From assembly GCA_034660555.1 (NCBI GenBank), contig JAYEJL010000121.1, positions 1 to 10,352 on the forward strand: a stretch of DNA of 10,352 bases, written 5' to 3'. The notes below the pieces were generated by a model. It did no database searches and was not told the DNA's origin. It saw only the letters and a program-made list of their open reading frames with translations. A program made the translations under genes and the position numbers. Positions 1 to 7,832 of the stretch are shown one piece after another (position 1 is the stretch's first letter; each line of letters opens with the position of its first letter). The stretch comes from Thermotogota bacterium (lineage in GTDB: Bacteria > Thermotogota > Thermotogae > Petrotogales > Kosmotogaceae).

Positions 1-204
1 ACTTTTCTTTTGAATGAGGTGGTGTATGCAGTTTTCTTGGTTCGTAAATAAACTACTGCTATAATTTGATCGTTGAGTGTAACAAGGCCAGATATGGCAA
101 CTTTTAATGTATACTCTCATTAATATTCTTCATAGGGTCTTATCCCTTTAGTTGTTATACTCTTTAAATAAAAGCAAATTCTTAGGATTAAGGAGGCTTT
201 CAAA

Positions 205-3021
205 GTGAAATACGCGATAATTATAAGCATAATCTTTTTTGTTGTGCTTTTTATTGTTGGTTGCCCAGACACCTGTCAAACTCCATCATATGAAATAACA
301 GTTACAGCTAATCCTTCTAATGGCGGACAGGTGAGTGGTGGAGGAACATTTGAACAGGGTACTGAAGTTACCATAGTCGCAACTGCAAATGAAAACTGGT
401 TATTTGATAATTGGACTGAAGAAAGCATAGAAGTTAGTAATAACAATATATATGTATTTAAAGCTAATGAAAACAGAGATCTTGTAGCGAACTTTGTTGA
501 AACAACACACCAGGTGACTGTTTCAGCAACCCCATCTGAAGGTGGACAGGCAAGTGGCGGAGGTACTTTTGAACATGGTACTGTAATCACAGTTAAAGCA
601 ACTCCAAATGAAGATTGGGAGTTTTTATATTGGACTGAGCAATTTGAAAAACTCTGTGATACAAAAGAATACTCATTTACTGTTGATAGAGATATTGAAT
701 TGGTAGCAAATTTCGTAGAAACACATTATATAACCGTAAGTTACAGTAATGGTGGAGAAGTCACCGAGAATGATGAAAAAAACATGGAGAAAATGAACAA
801 TGTTCATGTTACTAATTCATATCCTGATATTAGAGTAATCTGGGATGGAACACTTTATTGGGGGCTAAAGGAAAAGAAGTACTTCACACTGATAATAGAG
901 AATCAGACTGGCGGTAATTTTACAGGACATGCTGGACTTGAAGGGAATTTACCGAACAATGCAGTTAATGGCACAGTTAAACAAAATGGAGAAATAGAGT
1001 TCAGTTTCAAAGTGAAATCACAACCGCCAGATAATTCCACTTACGATTTCCAATTCAGTGGTGATGTTGTAAATAATACAATGGATGGAGACTGTGTTAT
1101 TTATAAAGAAAAAGAGTTTTATAAGAAATGCCCTTTTGAAGCTGATAAAAGAGAAACAGAAATCTATCCTGTTCAACACGGTAAAGATATAACTTTCGAC
1201 ATGATTCCAGATACTAATTATATTGTTGATTATGTGCAAGTAGATTGGGTATCGATTGGTCCAGAAACAACCTATACATTTGAAGATGTCATAGAAGATC
1301 ATTATTTTCATGCGGAATTTAAATTACAGTCCTATACGATTACTGCTACTGCTGGTGAAGGAGGATCTATATCTCCTTCAGGTGAAGTTCAGGTTCAACA
1401 TGGTGAGAATCAGACATTTACAATAACACCTGATGAGAATTATGCAATATACGGATTAATTGTAGATGGCTCTTACACTGATGTTGAACCAACCTATACG
1501 TTTGAAAATGTAACTTCCAACCACACAATTGAAGCACAATTTATCCGTACTTATACTATAGATGCATCATGCAGTGAAGGGGGAACAATAAATCCATCTG
1601 GAGAAATAGAAGTTTTTCACGGCTATGGACAATCATTTAGTATAACTCCTGATGAAGGTTATTCTGTCAACGATGTCTTAGTAGATGGAGCTTCAGTAGG
1701 TTCGAAAGAATCCTATGTGTTCAGTAATGTTACAACCGACCATACTATATATGCCTATTTCAAAGGGAGTCCCCCGCAATACAAATGGCAAAAAAACTAT
1801 GGTGGAACTGATGACGAATGGACAAACCAAATTCAACAAACCAGTGACAGTGGCTATATAGTATTCGGAACAACACTTTCGAATAATCATGATGTAAGCG
1901 GGAATCACGGAAATAGCGATGCATGGATCGTCAAATTAAATTCTACAGGAACGTTAGCTTGGCAGAACTGTATAGGTGGAAATAATGTAGATTATGGAAG
2001 ATCTATCCAGCAAACCTCAGATAATAAATATATAGTTGCAGGTAACACCTTTTCGAGCAGTATTTCAGATAGTCCAGAAAGTGAATACTATACGGAAGGA
2101 GTAACTTATTCTGACGCCTGGATTGCGAAAATCAATAGTTCTGGCGGAATAATATGGAAAAAACGTTTTGGAGGTAGCAGTGGCGATTCCGGAAGATCAA
2201 TAATACAGACAAATGATAATGGCTTTTTACTATTGGGTGATACAAGTTCTACTGATGGAGACGTTTCAGGTAGTAATGGAGGAAATGATATCTGGGTACT
2301 TAAACTCGATTCCTCCGGTGCAATAGACTGGAAAGATTGTTTTGGCGGTAGCGGTGATGAATTTGGCTACTCAGTTCAACAAACATTAGATAATGGATAT
2401 ATAATCGCTGGAAAAACTGCTTCAAACAATGGTGATGTAAGTGGAACACATGACACATACTGGGGAGATATGTGGGTTATTAAGCTCGATTCTGATGGCA
2501 ATCTTGACTGGCAAAAAACTCTTGGAGGAAGTTATGAAGATTGCGCACTATCAATAAGTCAAACTACTGATAATGGGTATATAGTTGCCGGTTACACAAA
2601 TTCAAGTGACGGTGATGTTACTGGCAAACATAGTTACAATGATATATGGATAGTTAAGTTAAGTTCCTCCGGAGCAATAGAATGGCAAAAAGCATTGGGG
2701 GGTAATTCAGAAGAATTCGCATCATCTGTAATTCAAACATCAGATGGATCCTATCTGATCGCAGGGACAACTTACTCAGATGATGGTGATGTAACTGGCA
2801 AGCATAATGGTAGCGACTTGTGGCTGGTAAAACTTGATCCTTCAGGAATGATAAAGTGGGAAGGCTGTTTCGGTGGCTCAAAAAATGACGGAGCGTCATC
2901 AATCGAGCAAACTGCAGATGGTGGATATATAGTATCTGGTTATTCATATTCAGATGATGGAGACCTTATAGATAATAACGGGGGGGAAGACTTCTGGATA
3001 ATTAAACTTAATTCTGATTAA
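205..3021 (+). CDS. Large surface lipoprotein: signal peptide II, five Ig-like/InlB-B-like repeats, C-terminal 7-bladed beta-propeller
   Basis: GTG start after AAGGAGG. Hydrophobic N-terminus ends in lipobox IVG-C20. Two repeats of type 'V..A.PS.GGQ.SGGGTFE.GT..T..AT.NE.W.F..WTE', three of type 'YTI.A...EGG.I.PSG...V.HG..Q.F.ITPD..Y.....VDG......YTF.NVT..HTI.A.F', then seven ~55-60 aa repeats 'W....GGS..D....I.QT.D.GYI.AG.T.S.DGDV.G......D.W..KL...G' from ~1780. Confidence 0.85.
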   Translation: MKYAIIISIIFFVVLFIVGCPDTCQTPSYEITVTANPSNGGQVSGGGTFEQGTEVTIVATANENWLFDNWTEESIEVSNNNIYVFKANENRDLVANFVETTHQVTVSATPSEGGQASGGGTFEHGTVITVKATPNEDWEFLYWTEQFEKLCDTKEYSFTVDRDIELVANFVETHYITVSYSNGGEVTENDEKNMEKMNNVHVTNSYPDIRVIWDGTLYWGLKEKKYFTLIIENQTGGNFTGHAGLEGNLPNNAVNGTVKQNGEIEFSFKVKSQPPDNSTYDFQFSGDVVNNTMDGDCVIYKEKEFYKKCPFEADKRETEIYPVQHGKDITFDMIPDTNYIVDYVQVDWVSIGPETTYTFEDVIEDHYFHAEFKLQSYTITATAGEGGSISPSGEVQVQHGENQTFTITPDENYAIYGLIVDGSYTDVEPTYTFENVTSNHTIEAQFIRTYTIDASCSEGGTINPSGEIEVFHGYGQSFSITPDEGYSVNDVLVDGASVGSKESYVFSNVTTDHTIYAYFKGSPPQYKWQKNYGGTDDEWTNQIQQTSDSGYIVFGTTLSNNHDVSGNHGNSDAWIVKLNSTGTLAWQNCIGGNNVDYGRSIQQTSDNKYIVAGNTFSSSISDSPESEYYTEGVTYSDAWIAKINSSGGIIWKKRFGGSSGDSGRSIIQTNDNGFLLLGDTSSTDGDVSGSNGGNDIWVLKLDSSGAIDWKDCFGGSGDEFGYSVQQTLDNGYIIAGKTASNNGDVSGTHDTYWGDMWVIKLDSDGNLDWQKTLGGSYEDCALSISQTTDNGYIVAGYTNSSDGDVTGKHSYNDIWIVKLSSSGAIEWQKALGGNSEEFASSVIQTSDGSYLIAGTTYSDDGDVTGKHNGSDLWLVKLDPSGMIKWEGCFGGSKNDGASSIEQTADGGYIVSGYSYSDDGDLIDNNGGEDFWIIKLNSD

Positions 3022-3154
3022 ACAGTACATAAAAAGACTCTGAGTAACACATATGATTTTTGATTCATAACCATCCATGAAAGCATATAATTAATATGTT
3101 CATTTAGGTTTTTTTTGCAATTGAGTTGTGTAATGATAAAAGGGGGGGATATCT

Positions 3155-3968
3155 GTGAAGAACGATTCTAACGCTAAGCAAGAAAATGCTCCTGAAATAA
3201 GCTTCAGTTATTTGAGAAAATTCAATCTTTTTATGGGCATTCTGCATCTTATACAGGCTATCATGATGCTCACATTCGCCATAACCATCGACAAAATTAG
3301 CGCATTTAAGACTCCTATATGGTCCTATTTTCTCAAATTCGATTCAGAAAAAATGAGATTAGTTACAGATCCACAGAAATTGGGAGAAGTCCCTTTTGGA
3401 ATTTTTGTTTCGTTTTTCCTTTTTATATCGGCAATAGCGCATTTTATTATTGTTATGCCAAAGGCGAACGATGTATATAATCGTGATTTGAAAAAGGGCA
3501 TCAATAAATTCCGCTGGTATGAGTATTCCATTAGTTCATCATTAATGATCTTCCTTATAGCCATGCTGTTTGGGGTTTATGATGTTGGAGCTCTTATCGC
3601 AATTTTCCTTTTAAATGCTTCAATGAATTTATTTGGATTGTTAATGGAAGAAATAAACCAGTACACGGAAAAAACAAAACGGTCCCCTTTTGTTTTCGGC
3701 TGCATCGCAGGAATATCTCTGGATAATCATTTTCATGCATGCGTTTGGAAATGCCAATCCTGCTGAGGTTCCCTGGTTTGTTTATGCCATTATGGGTTCC
3801 TATTTTGTCTTCTTCAATTTATTCCCGATTAATATGATTCTCCAGTACAAAAAAGTTGGTAAGTGGTCTAACTACCTGTACGGGGAGAGAGGCTATATTA
3901 TGCTTAGTCTAATAGCCAAAACGGTTCTTGCATGGCTTGTATTTTTTGGAGTGATGCACCCTGCTTGA
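3155..3968 (+). pseudogene. heR: Heliorhodopsin, split by a frameshift at ~3719 (about 270-271 aa if repaired; may be an assembly error)
   Basis: ORF 3155-3766 has MGILHLIQ (TM1 His), ISAIAH (TM2 His), FRWYEYSISSS (counterion Glu), MNLFGLLME and FGCIAG. ORF 3690-3968 carries WIIIF...NMILQYKKVGKW.NYLYGE..YI.LSLIAK (retinal-binding Lys, SLxAK). Junction GGA ATA TCT C TGG lies where the family has G-x-x-P-W. Confidence 0.93.
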
Positions 3969-4017
3969 TGTAGATGTAGAATATAAACAGGAGATAAAAA
4001 AATAAACGGAGGATTAT

Positions 4018-4554
4018 ATGCAAGCACTGGTTACATTATTGCCTGATGATCTGTATAAAAAGGTACAGAGTATCTGGATGGAATTGAAGAGAGATTACAA
4101 CATAAGCAGGGTCCTTGTTACACAGTTCCCCCATATTTCTTTATCCACTGCTGATGGTTATAAAGACATAGATAAACATCTGGAACAGTTTATTTCAAAA
4201 GTAGAACCTTTTACCATAAGAACAAATGGACTGGGTATCTTTGCTGGAGAAAGACCGTTGCTATACATAGAGGTCAATAAAAACAGAGAGCTACTCAATT
4301 TTCATGAAAAGTTGTGGAAAACTGTCGACAAAATTGCAATAAATCCTGAAAAACTATATAGACCAAAATACTGGGTCCCTCATATCACCCTTATTTTTCT
4401 AGGAGATTTAACAAAGGACAACATCGGTGAAATAATGGAAAGATATGCTTTTCAGGATTTTCATCACGAGTTTATCGTGGATAACATAACCCTGCTGGAA
4501 GGCTCCTTTGAAAAGGGCATAAAGTTGGTTAAAACATACTACTTAAAAAAATAA
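4018..4554 (+). CDS. 2H phosphoesterase (2'-5' RNA ligase/LigT-like superfamily)
   Basis: Two Hx(S/T) motifs, PHISL and PHITL, about 80 aa apart in a 178-aa protein. GGAGGA RBS; 49 nt after the heliorhodopsin stop. Confidence 0.85.
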   Translation: MQALVTLLPDDLYKKVQSIWMELKRDYNISRVLVTQFPHISLSTADGYKDIDKHLEQFISKVEPFTIRTNGLGIFAGERPLLYIEVNKNRELLNFHEKLWKTVDKIAINPEKLYRPKYWVPHITLIFLGDLTKDNIGEIMERYAFQDFHHEFIVDNITLLEGSFEKGIKLVKTYYLKK

Positions 4555-4628
4555 AATTTTGCCAGTTAAGTAACAAATAATATCGAACTGCATTTTGATG
4601 CTAGCTTACTACGCAATAAAATCAAAGA

Positions 4629-5050
4629 TTACTGATTCTCAAGTATCTTTATTAATTTATCTTTGAACCTCTTGATATCTTCAATACCACCAGAACGCAA
4701 TATTTCAAGTATTTGACTGTCATCAACCACCCAATATCTATGTATTATCAGGTTCCTAAAGCTCGCCATCTTTGAAAGATTATTGCCCAATTCTTCATCC
4801 AATAATCCCTGTTTTATAAGATTCAAAAAACACTGTTTATAACTACCAGGAGCTTTGAATTTTTTTAGTGAAGATAAATCATACAGGCATCAATAGAATT
4901 CTGTATAGCCCTTAATAAAGAAAATTTCAAACTTGAAAGTATATCGTAGTCAGCGAGTATTTGAGAATCAGGTAAATTCATTTTTTTCTCGATTTCTTTA
5001 ACCATTTTCGAAATCTCATCAATCAAATAGGGTAATCTTTCTTCTTTCAC
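4629..5050 (-). pseudogene. hepT: HepT/DUF86-type HEPN RNase toxin, frameshifted at ~4879-4880 (140 aa if one base is restored)
   Basis: The 61-aa and 65-aa track ORFs join when one base is added in TGT ATG [C]AT TTA TCT, giving ...AIQNSIDACM(H)LSSLKKFKAPGSYKQCFLNLIKQG...MASFRNLIIHRYW (RX4HXY motif). GTG start overlaps the MNT stop (GTGA, 5047-5050). Confidence 0.85.
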
Positions 5051-5511
5051 TTTTTTCCATCCTTTAAATTTTTTATGTAGTTTATCGTGGACTTTCTGTC
5101 AAGATAATCTCGCATTATCCTGAATTCAAAATCCACCCTCTTTTCTTCATTCTTAGATAACAACAAAGTTCCACTTATTGCAACAGCAGCAAAATCCACA
5201 GGAGCATTATTAATTACTTTAACGTCAATTGGAATATTCAAAGTAGATTCTATCTCATAAGAAAGATCAAGTTCATACGAGAGAGTATTAGAAGGTAGAG
5301 GGTCAACTACTACAGCAATATCAATATCCCCAAAAATTTCCTTTTCATTAAAAGAACCATATATGTATGCTAAAATAACTTCTTTTTTCTCATCTAATAA
5401 CTCTTTCAACAGTTCATACACAAGTTTCTTGTTTTTTGTTTTATAGAAATAAAGCTCCTCTTCTTCTACATCTTCATTAACGCAAATAAACAAATTCTTT
5501 TTATCCCTCAA
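5047..5511 (-). CDS. mntA: Minimal nucleotidyltransferase (MntA-type antitoxin)
   Basis: LAYIYGSF-x7-DIDIAV (GS...DxD) plus IDVKVIN third Asp. TTG start after AGGAGGAG. Directly upstream of and overlapping a HEPN gene. Confidence 0.88.
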   Translation of the reverse strand: MRDKKNLFICVNEDVEEEELYFYKTKNKKLVYELLKELLDEKKEVILAYIYGSFNEKEIFGDIDIAVVVDPLPSNTLSYELDLSYEIESTLNIPIDVKVINNAPVDFAAVAISGTLLLSKNEEKRVDFEFRIMRDYLDRKSTINYIKNLKDGKK

Positions 5512-5538
5512 GATAACTCCTCCTGTTAATTCACCAAA

Positions 5539-5547
5539 ATTATAGCA
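5539..5547 (-). promoter_or_regulatory. Extended -10 element (TGcTATAAT) for the mntA-hepT operon
   Basis: Minus strand reads TGCTATAAT about 28 nt upstream of the TTG start. No convincing -35. Confidence 0.5.
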
Positions 5548-5689
5548 TATAAAATATTCAAAACTGCTTTATTAAAGCCTTTCCAGATTCACTACAGAAT
5601 TAAATTATTTCAAAAACTTCTGTTTTCTTTAGAGGTATATAATTGAAATAGAAACACTAATATACAGTTAAATGAAAGGAGAATCATTT

Positions 5690-5971
5690 ATGCCCTGGGT
5701 AAGACAAGAAGATTGTACGGGATGTGAGCTTTGTATAAAGGCATGCCCTGTAGAAAATGCCATAATAATGCAAAATGGAAAAGCACATATAAATGATGCT
5801 ATTTGTACACGATGTGGTCTGTGTTTTGATGCATGTCCTCAAAATGCCATAAGACCAAACTCAGAAAATCCCATGAAAAGAGGCAGAGGCATGGGCCCAG
5901 GAAGAGGGATGGGCCAAGGAAAAGGGCGTGGAGGTGGAAGAGGACGAGGCACAGGAAGAGGCGGTTTTTAA
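5690..5971 (+). CDS. 2x[4Fe-4S] ferredoxin-type protein with Gly/Arg-rich C-terminal tail
   Basis: CTGCELCIKACP and CTRCGLCFDACP motifs; tail KRGRGMGPGRGMGQGKGRGGGRGRGTGRGGF. The ATG at 5690 follows AAAGGAGA, so it is a likelier start than the track's 5672. Confidence 0.9.
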   Translation: MPWVRQEDCTGCELCIKACPVENAIIMQNGKAHINDAICTRCGLCFDACPQNAIRPNSENPMKRGRGMGPGRGMGQGKGRGGGRGRGTGRGGF

Positions 5972-6272
5972 CAGAAAAACAAATTTCAAACTTCATTTCT
6001 TGACCTTTTAATCTGACTATTTACTTATGAACTGGCGTACTACGTAAAATCAACTATAGCACAGCGTCTCTATATGTCCAATCCACACACAGCCTCTGGC
6101 AGCCCTATTTAAAACCGTTGTACAAAGAATGTAGATAACCACCTTTACTAATGTAAATGTCTTGTACAGACTTTTTCCCACATCGTCCACAATATGTATA
6201 TTCAAACCCTGAGATTTATTTACCTCCTTGTATTGTGCTTATTCTTATTTCAAGCCTTTTGCTCACGATTGC

Positions 6273-6354
6273 GTACAACGATTTTAGCATTCACGACGTT
6301 GCCGAAGGCAATGTCCTTAAGGCGTAAGCAAGAAGCGTATATAGTGTGTTATAC
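6273..6354 (-). other. attC-like recombination site 2 (82 bp)
   Basis: Minus strand: GTATAAC (contains the TAA stop of the 189-aa gene) ... internal hairpin TTGCC-TTC-GGCAA ... CGTGAATGCTAAAATC-GTTGTAC. Outer arms GCGTATAAC/GTTGTACGC pair almost perfectly; inner arms pair poorly. Confidence 0.7.
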
Positions 6355-6918
6355 GCTGTTGCTTTCTCTATTCTTATGTTCATAAGAAAATCCACAAAAG
6401 AAACAATATACTGTATCCTGCCAATTCTCCTCTATCTTTATTTTACGTTGACAGCACGGAAGATCGAATATTTCCATATCATTGACCTCAGGAGACACCC
6501 ATGGTTCATGTTGTTCCATCTCCTTACCTTCAAACCGTATAGAAACCATACCAGAACTATGTCTTTGAGAAGTTTCCTTAAGTGGACGTATGAGATTTTC
6601 ATTAACTATCTTTGCCATAATGTTTTTGGCGACAATACCCACATAGGCAAGTTGTTCTTCTGTCCAGCAACTGTTGCTAGACGCCGGTTGCCCGCAGTAA
6701 GGGCAGATAAATTCAATTTTTGAACGTTCACTCTCATCTAAATCTGTTACCTCTTCTTTCGGCTTGATCATAAAGGAGTCTATACCCTTCTGAGCAATAT
6801 CTGTTAACTCCTCTTTTTCTAATAAGACCTTAAATTCTTTACGACAAAAAGGACATTCTCTTCTAAAGAATCCGTCATCATCTAGAGGAAATGGAAGGTT
6901 CATACTAATTTCACTCAT
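6349..6918 (-). CDS. Multi-zinc-ribbon hypothetical protein (second gene of cassette 2)
   Basis: 189 aa with DDDGFFRRECPFC, FICPYCG, LPCC and YCFFCG (four Cys pairs). AAGGAGG RBS; ATGA overlap with the upstream gene's stop; its own stop lies inside the attC inverse core. Confidence 0.8.
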   Translation of the reverse strand: MSEISMNLPFPLDDDGFFRRECPFCRKEFKVLLEKEELTDIAQKGIDSFMIKPKEEVTDLDESERSKIEFICPYCGQPASSNSCWTEEQLAYVGIVAKNIMAKIVNENLIRPLKETSQRHSSGMVSIRFEGKEMEQHEPWVSPEVNDMEIFDLPCCQRKIKIEENWQDTVYCFFCGFSYEHKNRESNSV

Positions 6919-7705
6919 TTGGCTTCCTCCTTTATCTGATTAAAGCGGCGGATAATCGCCGTAGAGAGAGTTGAAGCAGTATTTATAGCAAGCTCTGCTA
7001 TATTCTCCGATACACCAGGTGGAAATATGCCTTTCCCGTGAGCGTCTCCTAACGTATTTCTTAATCCTCCTAAATGAGTCACGACACCTGATAGAGCATT
7101 CATAAGGATTAGAGTTGCTCCAGAGGGATCACGTTCATCAAAGTGTAGGATATCTCGTGTGGACTTCCACAGGTCAGAGATCTGTTTTTTGCTGGGTAAA
7201 GGTTGCTCTAACATTTCATGACAAATTCTCATAACGCTCTCAAGACAGGCGATACTTCTCGTAACTGAATTTTCAAAATTTCCATCTCGGATTGCCTTTC
7301 GAGCTTTCTCCAAATCTTTGTAAGCAGAGTAAAAACCTTGCGCTTCGAAAAGTCCCCTTGTTGTGGAAACAATCTGGCGTGTCGTTTCGGCTGTAACCAG
7401 ACCACATGTGCGGCAAAAATCTAATGTTGTCTCTCTTTTGCGGATCTTGCAAAAAAAAGATTCTACATCGAAAGAGGTACCGCCTATGTATGGATAGATT
7501 CGAACCTTTGGAAGGACTGCGTCGCAACCGACCTCTCTAAAAATCTTTCCAGCAGGACAATTAAAGCAAATAGTTGGTTAACCTCGTTCGTAGTTTTATC
7601 TCCAGTCTGTCGTGCTGCTCGACATATAAGGGTACCCATTCCAACTTGTTGCAGATGACATTCCACGTTGTCATTTTCTTTAGGTTCTTTAAGTTGATTT
7701 GGCAT
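6915..7705 (-). pseudogene. Cys-rich N-terminal domain fused to Abi_C-like HEPN domain, frameshifted at ~7576 (263 aa if one base is restored)
   Basis: ATG 7705 after AGGAGGT. Adding one C in GTT AAC C[C]A ACT joins the 73-aa ORF to a stop-free frame TICFNCPAGKIFREVGCDAVLPKVRIYPYIGGTSFDVESFFCKIRKRETTLDFCRTCGLV...YKDLEKARKAI, which continues into the 132-aa ORF with SIACLESV and LRNTLGDAHGKG (RN-x5-HG, abortive-infection C-terminal type). Confidence 0.8.
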
Positions 7706-7744
7706 TCATGACCTCCTGTTCATTCCCACAAGATAATGAATGAC

Positions 7745-7825
7745 GTATAACGTTCCCAGCATATACGAAGTTTCGGCGTAAACCGATTTGGGCGAGCTTA
7801 GTGAGCAGCTTATGCTGCGTTATCG
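7745..7825 (-). other. attC-like recombination site 1 (81 bp)
   Basis: Minus strand: CGATAAC-G-CAGCATA ... TCGG-TTTACG-CCGA ... TATGCTG-GGAAC-GTTATAC, starting 7 nt after the stop of the 367-aa gene. CAGCATA/TATGCTG and ATAAC/GTTAT are complementary. Confidence 0.72.
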
Positions 7826-7832
7826 GAAATAC

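Noticed and set aside
26..64. Short ORF MQFSWFVNKLLL after GAGGTG
   Set aside because: Only 12 codons with no recognisable motif; cannot be supported as a gene.
276..2947. Minus-strand track ORFs 276-590, 1018-1311, 1693-1908, 2654-2947
   Set aside because: Antisense shadows of the well-supported lipoprotein; no motifs.
1780..3018. Recurring DNA motifs (e.g. GGTGATGTAA, GATAATGGA) as a CRISPR array or DGR repeat
   Set aside because: They are the coding blades of the beta-propeller. No constant repeat-spacer pattern, no adenine-specific TR/VR pair seen, and no RT or cas gene.
3109..3148. T8 and G7 runs upstream of the heliorhodopsin as phase-variation tracts
   Set aside because: The runs are short and the G run is explained as the ribosome-binding site.
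3325..3564. 79-aa minus-strand ORF
   Set aside because: Antisense to the heliorhodopsin.
4607..6054. Similar short motifs TACTACG(caa)TAAAATCAA near 4607-4625 and 6038-6054 as element boundaries
   Set aside because: Short, gapped and AT-rich; no other sign of a mobile element around mntA-hepT and the ferredoxin.
5799..6723. Track ORFs 5799-5996 (-), 6194-6385 (+), 6346-6723 (+)
   Set aside because: Antisense to real genes or running across attC2; no motifs.
7273..7527. 84-aa minus-strand ORF
   Set aside because: Wrong frame. The Cys-rich frame continuous with the Abi_C ORF explains this segment.
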